A stretch of 64,000 nt of DNA from Eledone cirrhosa (taxonomy: Eukaryota), in assembly GCA_964016885.1 (NCBI GenBank), contig OZ024740.1, positions 413,478,001 through 413,542,000 of the forward strand. The letters run 5' to 3'. Position numbers and translations under genes: made by a program. The notes under the pieces were generated by a model. The model was given only the letters and a program-made list of their open reading frames with translations. It was not told where the DNA came from and did no database searches. Below, one piece after another: positions 15,201 through 30,677 of the stretch (positions are counted from its first letter, which is position 1; every line of letters starts with the position of its first letter).

Positions 15201-18200
15201 TTATCAGTAAGTGAAACACCTTCAGTCTTACTCAATATTATCAGTACGTGTAACAACTTCACCCTTGCTCTATATTATCAGTAAGTGAAACAACTTCAGT
15301 CTTGCTTTATATCAGTAAGTGAAACAACTTCAGCCTTACTCTATAATATCAGTAAGTGAAACAACTTCAGTCTTACTCTATATTATCAGTAAGTGAAACA
15401 ACTTCAGGGTTACTCTTATATTATCAGTAAGTGAAACAATTCAGTCTTACTTTATAATATCAGTAAGTGAAACAACTTCAGTCATACTCTATAATATCAG
15501 TATGTGAAAAAGCTTCACTGTTACTCTATATTATCAGAAAGTGAAACAATTTCAGTCATACTCTATTATATCAATAGGTGAAACAGCTTCAGTGTTACTC
15601 TATATTATCTGTAAGTGAAACAACTTCAGTCTTACTCTATAATATCAGTAAGTGAAACAACTTCATCTTACTCTATATTATCTGTAACTGAAACAACTTC
15701 AGTCTTACTCTATATTATCAGTAAGTGAAACAACTCCAGTCTTACTCTATATTATCAGTAAGTGAAACAAATTCAGTCTTACTTTATATTATCAGAAAGT
15801 GAAACAACTTCAGTCATAATCTATAATATCAGTAAGTGAAACAACTTCAGTCATACTCTATAATATCAGTATGTGAAACAGCTTCAGTGTTACTCGATAT
15901 TATCAGTAAGTGAAAGAACTTCAGTCTTACTCTATATTATCATTAAGTGAAAAAGCATCAGTCTTACTCTATATTATCAGAAAGTGAAACAACTTCAGTC
16001 TTACTCTATAATATCAGTAAGTGAAACAACTTCTGTCGTACTCTATAATATCAGTAAGTGAAACAACTTCAGTGTTAGTCTATATTATCAGTAAGAGAAA
16101 CAACTTCAGTGTTACTCTATTTTATCAGTAAGTGAAACAACTTAAGCCTTACTCTATTTTATCAGTAAGTCAAACAACTTCAGTCTTAATCTATATTATC
16201 AGGAAGTGAAACAATTTCAGTCTTACTCTATATTATCAGTAAGTGAAACAACTTCAGTCTTACTCTATATTATCAGGAAGTGAAACAACTTCAGTCTTAC
16301 TCTATATTATCAGTAAGTGAAACAACTTCAGTGTTACTCTATATTATCAGAAAGGGAAACAACTTCAGTCTTACCCTTATAATATCAGTAAGTGACAGAA
16401 CTTCAGTCTTGTTTGATATCAGTAAGTGAAACAACTTCAGCCTTACTCTATAATATCAGTGAGTGAAACAACTTCAGTCTTACTCAATATTATCAGTAAG
16501 TGAAACAACTTCAGCCTTACTCTATTTTATCAGTAAGTCAAACAACTTCAGTCTTACTCTATATTATCAGTAAGTGAAACAACTTCAGTCTTACTCTATA
16601 TTATCAGTAAGTGAAACGACTTCCGTCTTACTCTATATTATCAGTAAGTGAAACAACTTCAGTGTTACTCGATATTATCAGTAAGTGAAACAACTTCAGT
16701 CTTACTCTATATTATCATTAAGTGAAAAAGCATCAGTCTTACTCTATATTATCAGAAAGTGAAACAACTTCAGTCTTACTCTATAATATCAGTAAGTGAA
16801 ACAACTTCTGTCGTACTCTATAATATCAGTAAGTGAAACAACTTCAGTGTTAGTCTATATTATCAGTAAGAGAAACAACTTCAGTGTTACTCTATTTTAT
16901 CAGTAAGTGAAACAACTTCAGTCTTACTCTATTTTATCAGTAAGTCAAACAACTTCAGTCTTAATCTATATTATCAGGAAGTGAAACAATTTCAGTCTTA
17001 CCCTTATAATATCAGTAAGTGACACAACTTCAGTCTTGTTTGATATCAGTAAGTGAAACAACTTCAGCCTTACTCTATATTATCAGTAAGTGAAACAACT
17101 TCAGTCTTACTCTATAATATCTGTAAGTGAAAAAGCTTCAGTGTTACTCTTATATTATCAGTAACTGAAACAACTTCAGTCTTACTCTGTAATATCAGTA
17201 AGTGAAACAACTTCAGTCTTGTTTGATATCAGTAAGTGAAACAACTTCAGCCTTACTCTATAATATCAGTGAGTAAAACAACTTCAGTCTTACTCAATAT
17301 TATCAGTAAGTGAAACAACTTCAGTCTTACTCAATATTATCAGTACGTGTAACAACTTCACCCTTGCTCTATATTATCAGTAAGTGAAACAACTTCAGTC
17401 TTGCTTTATATCAGTAAGTGAAACAACTTCAGCCTTACTCTATAATATCAGTAAGTCAAACAACTTCAGTCTTACTCTATATTATCAGTAAGTGAATCAA
17501 ATTCAGGGTTACTCTTATATTATCAGTAAGTGAAACAATTCAGTCTTACTTTATAATATCAGTAAGTGAAACAACTTCAGTCATACTCTATAATATCAGT
17601 ATGTGAAAAAGCTTCACTGTTACTCTATATTATCAGAAAGTGAAAAAGCATCAGTCTTTCTCTATATTATCAGAAAGTGAAACAACTTCAGTCTTACTCT
17701 ATAATATCAGTAAGTTAAACAACTTCAGTCGTACTCTATAATATCAGTAAGTGAAACAACTTCAGTGTTAGTCTATATTATCAGTAAGAGAAACAACTTC
17801 AGTGTTACTCTATTTTATCAGTAAGTGAAACAACTTCAGCCTTACTCTATTTTATCAGTAAGTCAAACAACTTCAGTCTTAATCTATATTATCAGGAAGT
17901 GAAACAATTTCAGTCTTACTCTATATTATCAGTAAGTGAAACAACTTCAGTCTTACTCTATATTATCAGGAAGTGAAACAACTTCAGTTTTACTCTATAT
18001 TATCAGTAAGTGAAACAACTTCAGTGTTACTCTATATTATCAGAAAGGGAAACAACTTCAGTCTTACCCTTATAATATCAGTAAGTGACACAACTTCAGT
18101 CTTGTTTGATATCAGTAAGTGAAACATCTTTCAGCCTTACTCTATAATATCAGTGAGTGAAACAACTTCAGTCTTACTCAATATTATCAGTAAGTGAAAC

Positions 18201-18555
18201 AACTTCAGTCTTACTCAATATTATCAGTACGTGTAACAACTTCACCCTTACTCTATATTATCAGTAAGTGAAACGACTTCCGTCTTACTCTATATTATCA
18301 GTAAGTGAAACAACTTCAGTCTTACTCTGTAATATCAGAAAGTGAAACAACTTCAGTCATACTCTATAATATCAGTAAGTGAAACAGCTTCAGTGTTACT
18401 CTATATTATCAGAAAGTGAAACAACTTCAGTCATACTCTATAATATCAGTAAGTGAAACAGCTTCAGTGTTACTCTATATTATCAGAAAGTGAAACAACT
18501 TCAGTCATACTCTATAATATCAGTAAGTGAAACAGCATCAGTGTTACTCTATATT

Positions 18556-18764
18556 TGTTTCTACTTTTAGGCACAAGGCCAGCAATAAACCAGTACATTA
18601 CTGGTACTTTATTTTATCGACCCCGTAAGAATGAAAGGCAAAGTCAACCTCTGCGGGACTTGAACTCCCTCGTAAAGGGACGTAAAAAAGCTGGAAAGCA
18701 TGGCGTCCAATCCTCTAACGATACTGCCAATCCACCACCTACCTATACTGCCAATCCACCGCCT
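18556..18764 (-). mobile_element. SINE in satellite (copy 7)
   Basis: Same junctions. Shares private variants (AATAAACC, CTCTGCGG, CTCCCTCG) with copy 8. Confidence 0.9.
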
Positions 18765-21700
18765 TGTTACTCTATATTATCAGTAAGTCATACAACTTCA
18801 GTCTCACTCTATATTATCAGTAAGTGAAACAACTTCAGTCTTACTCTATATTATCAGTAAGTGAAACAACTTCAGTCATACTCTATATTATCAGTAAGTG
18901 AAACAACTTCAGGCTTACTCTTATAATATCAGTAAGTGAAACAACTTCAGTCTTGCTTTATATCAGTAAGTGAAACAACTTCAGCCTTACTCTATAATAT
19001 CAGTAAGTGAAACAACTTCAGCCTTACTCTATATTATCAGTAAGTGAAACAACTTCAGTCTTACTCTATAATATCTGTAAGTGAAACAACTTCAGTCTTG
19101 TTTGATATCAGTAAGTGAAACAACTTCAGCCTTACTCTATAATATCAGTGAGTAAAACAACTTCAGTCTTACTCAATATTATCAGTAAGTGAAACAACTT
19201 CAGTCTTACTCAATATTATCAGTACGTGTAACAACTTCACCCTTGCTCTATATTATCAGTAAGTGAAACAACTTCAGCCTTACTCTATAATATCAGTAAG
19301 TGAAACAACTTCAGTCTTACTCTATATTATCAGTAAGTGAAACAACTTCAGGGTTACTCTTATATTATCAGTAAGTGAAACAATTCAGTCTTACTTTATA
19401 ATATCAGTAAGTGAAACAACTTCAGTCATACTCTATAATATCAGTATGTGAAAAAGCTTCACTGTTACTCTATATTATCAGAAAGTGAAACAACTTCAGT
19501 CATACTCTATTATATCAATAGGTGAAACAGCTTCAGTGTTACTCTATATTATCTGTAAGTGAAACAACTTCAGTCTTACTCTATAATATCAGTAAGTGAA
19601 ACAACTTCAGTCTTACTCTATATTATCAGTAAGTGAAACAACTTCAGTCTTACTCTATATTATCTGTAAGTGAAACAACTTCAGTCTTACTCTATATTAT
19701 CAGTAAGTGAAACAACTTCAGTCTTACTCTATATTATCAGTAAGTGAAACAACTTCAGTGTTACTCTTATATTATCAGTAAGTGAAACAAATTCAGTCTT
19801 ACTTTATATTATCAGAAAGTGAAACAACTTCAGTCATACTCTATAATATCAGTAAGTGAAACAACTTCAGTCATACTCTATAATATCAGTATGTGAAACA
19901 GCTTCAGTGTTACTCGATATTATCAGTAAGTGAAACAACTTCAGTCTTACTCTATATTATCATTAAGTGAAAAAGCATCAGTCTTACTCTATATTATCAG
20001 AAAGTGAAACAACTTCAGTCTTACTCTATAATATCAGTAAGTGAAACAACTTCTGTCGTACTCTATAATATCAGTAAAGTGAAACAACTTCAGTGTTAGT
20101 CTATATTATCAGTAAGAGAAACAACTTCAGTGTTACTCTATTTTATCAGTAAGTGAAACAACTTCAGTCTTACTCTATTTTATCAGTAAGTCAAACAACT
20201 TCAGTCTTAATCTATATTATCAGGAAGTGAAACAATTTCAGTCTTACCCTTATAATATCAGTAAGTGACACAACTTCAGTCTTGTTTGATATCAGTAAGT
20301 GAAACAACTTCAGCCTTACTCTATATTATCAGTAAGTGAAACAACTTCAGTCTTACTCTATAATATCTGTAAGTGAAACAGCTTCAGTGTTACTCTTATA
20401 TTATCAGTAACTGAAACAACTTCAGTCTTACTCTGTAATATCAGTAAGTGAAACAACTTCAGTCTTGTTTGATATCAGTAAGTGAAACAACTTCAGCCTT
20501 ACTCTATAATATCAGTGAGTAAAACAACTTCAGTCTTACTCAATATTATCAGTAAGTGAAACAACTTCAGTCTTACTCAATATTATCAGTACGTGTAACA
20601 ACTTCACCCTTGCTCTATATTATCAGTAAGTGAAACAACTTCAGTTTTGCTTTATATCAGTAAGTGAAACAACTTCAGTCATACTCTATAATATCAGTAT
20701 GTGAAAAAGCTTCACTGTTACTCTATATTATCAGAAAGTGAAACAACTTCAGTCATACTCTATTATATCAATAGGTGAAACAGCTTCAGTGTTACTCTAT
20801 ATTATCTGTAAGTGAAACAACTTCAGTCTTACTCTATAATATCAGTAAGTGAAACAACTTCATCTTACTCTATATTATCTGTAAGTGAAACAACTTCAGT
20901 CTTACTCTATATTATCAGTAAGTGAAACAACTTCAGTCTTACTCTATATTATCAGTAAGTGAAACAACTTCAGTGTTACTCTTATATTATCAGTAAGTGA
21001 AACAAATTCAGTCTTACTTTATATTATCAGAAAGTGAAACAACTTCAGTCATACTCTATAATATCAGTAAGTGAAACAACTTCAGTCATACTCTATAATA
21101 TCAGTATGTGAAACAGCTTCAGTGTTACTCGATATTATCAGTAAGTGAAACAACTTCAGTCTTACTCTATATTATCATTAAGTGAAAAAGCATCAGTCTT
21201 ACTCTATATTATCAGAAAGTGAAACAACTTCAGTCTTACTCTATAATATCAGTAAGTGAAACAACTTCTGTCGTACTCTATAATATCAGTAAGTGAAACA
21301 ACTTCAGTGTTACTCTATTTTATCAGTAAGTGAAACAACTTCAGTCTTACTCTATTTTATCAGTAAGTCAAACAACTTCAGTCTTAATCTATATTATCAG
21401 GAAGTGAAACAATTTCAGTCTTACCCTTATAATATCAGTAAGTGACACAACTTCAGTCTTGTTTGATATCAGTAAGTGAAACAACTTCAGCCTTACTCTA
21501 TATTATCAGTAAGTGAAACAACTTCAGTCTTGTTTGATATCAGTAAGTGAAACAACTTCAGCCTTACTCTATAATATCAGTGAGTAAAACAACTTCAGTC
21601 TTACTCAATATTATCAGTAAGTGAAACACCTTCAGTCTTACTCAATATTATCAGTACGTGTAACAACTTCACCCTTGCTCTATATTATCAGTAAGTGAAA

Positions 21701-24700
21701 CAACTTCAGTCTTGCTTTATATCAGTAAGTGAAACAACTTCAGCCTTACTCTATAATATCAGTAAGTGAAACAACTTCAGTCTTACTCTATATTATCAGT
21801 AAGTGAAACAACTTCAGGGTTACTCTTATATTATCAGTAAGTGAAACAATTCAGTCTTACTTTATAATATCAGTAAGTGAAACAACTTCAGTCATACTCT
21901 ATAATATCAGTATGTGAAAAAGCTTCACTGTTACTCTATATTATCAGAAAGTGAAACAATTTCAGTCATACTCTATTATATCAATAGGTGAAACAGCTTC
22001 AGTGTTACTCTATATTATCTGTAAGTGAAACAACTTCAGTCTTACTCTATAATATCAGTAAGTGAAACAACTTCATCTTACTCTATATTATCTGTAACTG
22101 AAACAACTTCAGTCTTACTCTATATTATCAGTAAGTGAAACAACTCCAGTCTTACTCTATATTATCAGTAAGTGAAACAAATTCAGTCTTACTTTATATT
22201 ATCAGAAAGTGAAACAACTTCAGTCATAATCTATAATATCAGTAAGTGAAACAACTTCAGTCATACTCTATAATATCAGTATGTGAAACAGCTTCAGTGT
22301 TACTCGATATTATCAGTAAGTGAAAGAACTTCAGTCTTACTCTATATTATCATTAAGTGAAAAAGCATCAGTCTTACTCTATATTATCAGAAAGTGAAAC
22401 AACTTCAGTCTTACTCTATAATATCAGTAAGTGAAACAACTTCTGTCGTACTCTATAATATCAGTAAGTGAAACAACTTCAGTGTTAGTCTATATTATCA
22501 GTAAGAGAAACAACTTCAGTGTTACTCTATTTTATCAGTAAGTGAAACAACTTAAGCCTTACTCTATTTTATCAGTAAGTCAAACAACTTCAGTCTTAAT
22601 CTATATTATCAGGAAGTGAAACAATTTCAGTCTTACTCTATATTATCAGTAAGTGAAACAACTTCAGTCTTACTCTATATTATCAGGAAGTGAAACAACT
22701 TCAGTCTTACTCTATATTATCAGTAAGTGAAACAACTTCAGTGTTACTCTATATTATCAGAAAGGGAAACAACTTCAGTCTTACCCTTATAATATCAGTA
22801 AGTGACACAACTTCAGTCTTGTTTGATATCAGTAAGTGAAACAACTTCAGCCTTACTCTATAATATCAGTGAGTGAAACAACTTCAGTCTTACTCAATAT
22901 TATCAGTAAGTGAAACAACTTCAGCCTTACTCTATTTTATCAGTAAGTCAAACAACTTCAGTCTTACTCTATATTATCAGTAAGTGAAACAACTTCAGTC
23001 TTACTCTATATTATCAGTAAGTGAAACGACTTCCGTCTTACTCTATATTATCAGTAAGTGAAACAACTTCAGTGTTACTCGATATTATCAGTAAGTGAAA
23101 CAACTTCAGTCTTACTCTATATTATCATTAAGTGAAAAAGCATCAGTCTTACTCTATATTATCAGAAAGTGAAACAACTTCAGTCTTACTCTATAATATC
23201 AGTAAGTGAAACAACTTCTGTCGTACTCTATAATATCAGTAAGTGAAACAACTTCAGTGTTAGTCTATATTATCAGTAAGAGAAACAACTTCAGTGTTAC
23301 TCTATTTTATCAGTAAGTGAAACAACTTCAGTCTTACTCTATTTTATCAGTAAGTCAAACAACTTCAGTCTTAATCTATATTATCAGGAAGTGAAACAAT
23401 TTCAGTCTTACCCTTATAATATCAGTAAGTGACACAACTTCAGTCTTGTTTGATATCAGTAAGTGAAACAACTTCAGCCTTACTCTATATTATCAGTAAG
23501 TGAAACAACTTCAGTCTTACTCTATAATATCTGTAAGTGAAAAAGCTTCAGTGTTACTCTTATATTATCAGTAACTGAAACAACTTCAGTCTTACTCTGT
23601 AATATCAGTAAGTGAAACAACTTCAGTCTTGTTTGATATCAGTAAGTGAAACAACTTCAGCCTTACTCTATAATATCAGTGAGTAAAACAACTTCAGTCT
23701 TACTCAATATTATCAGTACGTGTAACAACTTCACCCTTGCTCTATATTATCAGTAAGTGAAACAACTTCAGTCTTGCTTTATATCAGTAAGTGAAACAAC
23801 TTCAGCCTTACTCTATAATATCAGTAAGTGAAACAACTTCAGTCTTACTCTATATTATCAGTAAGTGAATCAAATTCAGGGTTACTCTTATATTATCAGT
23901 AAGTGAAACAATTCAGTCTTACTTTATAATATCAGTAAGTGAAACAACTTCAGTCATACTCTATAATATCAGTATGTGAAAAAGCTTCACTGTTACTCTA
24001 TATTATCAGAAAGTGAAAAAGCATCAGTCTTTCTCTATATTATCAGAAAGTGAAACAACTTCAGTCTTACTCTATAATATCAGTAAGTTAAACAACTTCA
24101 GTCGTACTCTATAATATCAGTAAGTGAAACAACTTCAGTGTTAGTCTATATTATCAGTAAGAGAAACAACTTCAGTGTTACTCTATTTTATCAGTAAGTG
24201 AAACAACTTCAGCCTTACTCTATTTTATCAGTAAGTCAAACAACTTCAGTCTTAATCTATATTATCAGGAAGTGAAACAATTTCAGTCTTACTCTATATT
24301 ATCAGTAAGTGAAACAACTTCAGTCTTACTCTATATTATCAGGAAGTGAAACAACTTCAGTTTTACTCTATATTATCAGTAAGTGAAACAACTTCAGTGT
24401 TACTCTATATTATCAGAAAGGGAAACAACTTCAGTCTTACCCTTATAATATCAGTAAGTGACACAACTTCAGTCTTGTTTGATATCAGTAAGTGAAACAT
24501 CTTTCAGCCTTACTCTATAATATCAGTGAGTGAAACAACTTCAGTCTTACTCAATATTATCAGTAAGTGAAACAACTTCAGTCTTACTCAATATTATCAG
24601 TACGTGTAACAACTTCACCCTTACTCTATATTATCAGTAAGTGAAACGACTTCCGTCTTACTCTATATTATCAGTAAGTGAAACAACTTCAGTCTTACTC

Positions 24701-24928
24701 TGTAATATCAGAAAGTGAAACAACTTCAGTCATACTCTATAATATCAGTAAGTGAAACAGCTTCAGTGTTACTCTATATTATCAGAAAGTGAAACAACTT
24801 CAGTCATACTCTATAATATCAGTAAGTGAAACAGCTTCAGTGTTACTCTATATTATCAGAAAGTGAAACAACTTCAGTCATACTCTATAATATCAGTAAG
24901 TGAAACAGCATCAGTGTTACTCTATATT

Positions 24929-25137
24929 TGTTTCTACTTTTAGGCACAAGGCCAGCAATAAACCAGTACATTACTGGTACTTTATTTTATCGACCCCGTA
25001 AGAATGAAAGGCAAAGTCAACCTCTGCGGGACTTGAACTCCCTCGTAAAGGGACGTAAAAAAGCTGGAAAGCATGGCGTCCAATCCTCTAACGATACTGC
25101 CAATCCACCACCTACCTATACTGCCAATCCACCGCCT
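24929..25137 (-). mobile_element. SINE in satellite (copy 8)
   Basis: Matches copy 7 at offset 6373. Confidence 0.9.
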
Positions 25138-28100
25138 TGTTACTCTATATTATCAGTAAGTCATACAACTTCAGTCTCACTCTATATTATCAGTAAGTGA
25201 AACAACTTCAGTCTTACTCTATATTATCAGTAAGTGAAACAACTTCAGTCATACTCTATATTATCAGTAAGTGAAACAACTTCAGGCTTACTCTTATAAT
25301 ATCAGTAAGTGAAACAACTTCAGCCTTGCTTTATATCAGTAAGTGAAACAACTTCAGCCTTACTCTATAATATCAGTAAGTGAAACAACTTCAGCCTTAC
25401 TCTATATTATCAGTAAGTGAAACAACTTCAGTCTTACTCTATAATATCTGTAAGTGAAACAACTTCAGTCTTGTTTGATATCAGTAAGTGAAACAACTTC
25501 AGCCTTACTCTATAATATCAGTGAGTAAAACAACTTCAGTCTTACTCAATATTATCAGTAAGTGAAACAACTTCAGTCTTACTCAATATTATCAGTACGT
25601 GTAACAACTTCACCCTTGCTCTATATTATCAGTAAGTGAAACAACTTCAGCCTTACTCTATAATATCAGTAAGTGAAACAACTTCAGTCTTACTCTATAT
25701 TATCAGTAAGTGAAACAACTTCAGGGTTACTCTTATATTATCAGTAAGTGAAACAATTCAGTCTTACTTTATAATATCAGTAAGTGAAACAACTTCAGTC
25801 ATACTCTATAATATCAGTATGTGAAAAAGCTTCACTGTTACTCTATATTATCAGAAAGTGAAACAACTTCAGTCATACTCTATTATATCAATAGGTGAAA
25901 CAGCTTCAGTGTTACTCTATATTATCTGTAAGTGAAACAACTTCAGTCTTACTCTATAATATCAGTAAGTGAAACAACTTCAGTCTTACTCTATATTATC
26001 AGTAAGTGAAACAACTTCAGTCTTACTCTATATTATCTGTAAGTGAAACAACTTCAGTCTTACTCTATATTATCAGTAAGTGAAACAACTTCAGTCTTAC
26101 TCTATATTATCAGTAAGTGAAACAACTTCAGTGTTACTCTTATATTATCAGTAAGTGAAACAAATTCAGTCTTACTTTATATTATCAGAAAGTGAAACAA
26201 CTTCAGTCATACTCTATAATATCAGTAAGTGAAACAACTTCAGTCATACTCTATAATATCAGTATGTGAAACAGCTTCAGTGTTACTCGATATTATCAGT
26301 AAGTGAAACAACTTCAGTCTTACTCTATATTATCATTAAGTGAAAAAGCATCAGTCTTACTCTATATTATCAGAAAGTGAAACAACTTCAGTCTTACTCT
26401 ATAATATCAGTAAGTGAAACAACTTCTGTCGTACTCTATAATATCAGTAAAGTGAAACAACTTCAGTGTTAGTCTATATTATCAGTAAGAGAAACAACTT
26501 CAGTGTTACTCTATTTTATCAGTAAGTGAAACAACTTCAGTCTTACTCTATTTTATCAGTAAGTCAAACAACTTCAGTCTTAATCTATATTATCAGGAAG
26601 TGAAACAATTTCAGTCTTACCCTTATAATATCAGTAAGTGACACAACTTCAGTCTTGTTTGATATCAGTAAGTGAAACAACTTCAGCCTTACTCTATATT
26701 ATCAGTAAGTGAAACAACTTCAGTCTTACTCTATAATATCTGTAAGTGAAACAGCTTCAGTGTTACTCTTATATTATCAGTAACTGAAACAACTTCAGTC
26801 TTACTCTGTAATATCAGTAAGTGAAACAACTTCAGTCTTGTTTGATATCAGTAAGTGAAACAACTTCAGCCTTACTCTATAATATCAGTGAGTAAAACAA
26901 CTTCAGTCTTACTCAATATTATCAGTAAGTGAAACAACTTCAGTCTTACTCAATATTATCAGTACGTGTAACAACTTCACCCTTGCTCTATATTATCAGT
27001 AAGTGAAACAACTTCAGTTTTGCTTTATATCAGTAAGTGAAACAACTTCAGCCTTACTCTATAATATCAGTAAGTGAAACAACTTCAGTCTTACTCTATA
27101 TTATCAGTAAGTGAAACAACTTCAGGGTTACTCTTATATTATCAGTAAGTGAAACAATTCAGTCTTACTTTATAATATCAGTAAGTGAAACAACTTCAGT
27201 CATACTCTATAATATCAGTATGTGAAAAAGCTTCACTGTTACTCTATATTATCAGAAAGTGAAACAACTTCAGTCATACTCTATTATATCAATAGGTGAA
27301 ACAGCTTCAGTGTTACTCTATATTATCTGTAAGTGAAACAACTTCAGTCTTACTCTATAATATCAGTAAGTGAAACAACTTCAGTCATACTCTATAATAT
27401 CAGTATGTGAAACAGCTTCAGTGTTACTCGATATTATCAGTAAGTGAAACAACTTCAGTCTTACTCTATATTATCATTAAGTGAAAAAGCATCAGTCTTA
27501 CTCTATATTATCAGAAAGTGAAACAACTTCAGTCTTACTCTATAATATCAGTAAGTGAAACAACTTCTGTCGTACTCTATAATATCAGTAAGTGAAACAA
27601 CTTCAGTGTTAGTCTATATTATCAGTAAGAGAAACAACTTCAGTGTTACTCTATTTTATCAGTAAGTGAAACAACTTCAGCCTTACTCTATTTTATCAGT
27701 AAGTCAATCAACTTCAGTCTTAATCTATATTATCAGGAAGTGAAACAACTTCAGTCTTACTCTATATTATCAGTAAGTCATACAACTTCAGTCTGACCCT
27801 ATATTATCAGTAAGTGAAACAACTTCAGTCTTACTCTATATTATCAGTAAGTCATACAACTTCAGTCTGACTCTATATTATCAGTAAGTGAAACAACTTC
27901 AGTCTTACTCTATATTATCAGTAAGTCATACAACTTCAGTCTGACTCTATATTATCAGAAAGTGAAACAACTTCAGTCTTACTCTATTTTATCAGTAAGT
28001 CATACAACTTCAGTCTGACTCTATATTATCAATAAGTGAAACAACTTCAGTCTTACTCTATAATATCAGTCAGTGAAAAACTTCAGTCTTACTCTATATT

Positions 28101-29358
28101 ATCAGAAAGTGAAACAACTTCAGTCTTACCCTATAATATCAGTGAGTGAAACAACTTCAGTCGTACTCTGTATTATAAGTAAGTGAAACAACTTCAGTCT
28201 TACTCAATATTATCAGTAAGTGAAACAACTTCAGTCTTACTCAATATTATCAGTAAGTGAAACAACTTCAGTCTTACTCTATATTATCAGTAAGTGAAAC
28301 AACTTCAGTCTTAATCTATATTATCAGTAAGTGAAACAACTTCAGTCTTACTCTATATTATCAGTAAGTGAAACAACTTCAGTGTTACTCAATATTATCA
28401 GTACGTGTAACAACTTCAGTCTTACTCTATAATATCAGTAAGTTAAACAACTTCAGTCTTGCTCTATATTATCAGTAAGTGAAAGAACTTCAGTCTTAAT
28501 CTATATTATCAGTAAGTGAAACAACTTCAGTGTTACTCTATATTATCATTAAGTGAAACAACTTCAGTGTTACTCTAGATTATCAGTAATTGAAACACCT
28601 TCAGTCATACTCTATAATATCAGTAAGTGAAACAACTTCAGTCTTACTCTATATTATCAGTAAGTGAAACAACTTCAGTGTTACTCTATCTTATTAGTAA
28701 GTGAAACAACTTCAGTCTTACTCTGTAATATCAGTAAGTGAAACAAATTCAGTCTTACTCTATATTATCAGTAAGTGAAACAACTTCAGTCATACTCTAT
28801 AATATCAGTAAGTGAAACAACTTCAGTCTTACTTTATATTATCAGAAAGTAAAACAAATTCAGTCTTACTTTATATTATCAGTAAGTGAAACAAGTTCAG
28901 TCTTACTCTATATTATCAGAAAGTGAAACAACTCCAGTCTTACTCTATATTATCAGAAAGTGAAACAACTTCAGTCTTATTTTATATTATCAGTAAGTGA
29001 AACAAGTTCAGTCTTACTCTATAATATCAGTAAGTGACACAACTTCAGACTTACTCTATATTATCAGAAAGTGAAACAACTTCAGTCTTACTTTATATTA
29101 TCAGTAAGTGAAACAACTTCAGTCTTACTCTATAATATCAGTAAGTGAAACAACTTCAGTGTTACTCTATATTATCAGTAAGTGAAACAACGTCAGTCTT
29201 ACTCTATATTATCAGTAAGTGAAACAACTTCAGTGTTACTCTATATTATCAGTAAGTGAAACAAGTTCAGTCTTACTCTATAATATCAGTGAGTGAAACA
29301 ACTTCCGTCTTACTCTATAATATCAGTAAGTGAAACAGCTTAAGCGTTACTCTATATT

Positions 29359-29568
29359 TGTTTCTACTTTTAGGCACAAGGCCAGCAATAACCCAGTTCA
29401 TTACTGGTACTTTATTTTATCGACCCCGTAAGAATGAAAGGCAAAGTCAAACTCGGCGGGATTTGAACTCAGATCGTAAAGGGACGTAACAATGCTGGAA
29501 AGCATGGCGTCCGATCCTCTACTGATACTGCCAATCCACCACCTACCGATACTGCCAATCCACCGCCT
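29359..29568 (-). mobile_element. SINE in satellite (copy 9)
   Basis: Same junctions. Carries the GGGATTTGAACTCAGATCG variant. Confidence 0.9.
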
Positions 29569-30467
29569 TGTTACTCTATATTATCAGTAAGTGAAACAAC
29601 TTCATCTTACTCTATATTATCAGTAAGTCATACAACTTCAGTCTGACTCTATATTATCAGAAAATGAAACAACTTCAGTCTTACTCTATATTATCAGTAA
29701 GTCATACAACTTCAGTCTGACCCTATATTATCAGTAAGTGAAACAACTTCAGTCTTACTCTATATTATCAGTAAGTCATACAACTTCAGTCTGACTCTAT
29801 ATTATCAGAAAGTGAAACAACTTCAGTCTTACTCTATTTTATCAGTAAGTCATACAACTTCAGTCTGACTCTATATTATCAATAAGTGAAACAACTTCAG
29901 TCTTACTCTATAATATCAGTCAGTGAAAAACTTCAGTCTTACTCTATAATAACAGTAAGGGAAACAACTTCAGTCTTACTCTATAATATCAGTGAGTGAA
30001 ACAACTTCAGTCGTACTCTGTATTATAAGTAAGTGAAACAACTTTGGTCTTACTCAATATTATCAGTAAGTGAAACAACTTCAGTCTTACTCAATATTAT
30101 CAGTAAGTGAAACAACTTCAGTCTTACTCTATATTATCAGTAAGTGAAACAACTTCAGTCTTAATCTATATTATCAGTAAGTGAAACAACTTCAGTCTTA
30201 CTCTATATTATCAGTAAGTGAAACAACTTCAGTGTTACTCAATATTATCAGTACGTGTACAACTTCAGTCTTACTCTATATTATCAGTAAGTGAAACAAC
30301 TTCAGTCTTACTCTATATTATCAGTAAGTGAAACAACTTCAGTGTTACTCTATATGATCAGTAAGTGAAACAAGTTCAGTCTTACTCTATAATATCAGTG
30401 AGTGAAACAACTTCAGTCTTACTCTATAATATCAGTAAGTGAAACAGCTTAAGCGTTACTCTATATT

Positions 30468-30677
30468 TGTTTCTACTTTTAGGCACAAGGCCAGCAATAA
30501 CCCAGTTCATTACTGGTACTTTATTTTATCGACCCCGTAAGAATGAAAGGCAAAGTCAAACTCGGCGGGATTTGAACTCAGATCGTAAAGGGACGTAACA
30601 ATGCTGGAAAGCATGGCGTCCGATCCTCTATCGATACTGCCAATCCACCACCTACCGATACTGCCAATCCACCGCCT
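30468..30677 (-). mobile_element. SINE in satellite (copy 10)
   Basis: Near-identical to copy 9. Confidence 0.9.

Noticed and set aside
3061-25200. Repeated 62-90 aa ORFs (MKLLQSY..., MFLLLGTRP..., MKQLQPY...)
   Set aside because: These are chance frames through satellite and antisense SINE with GTG/TTG starts. The frame is broken in copies 9-11.
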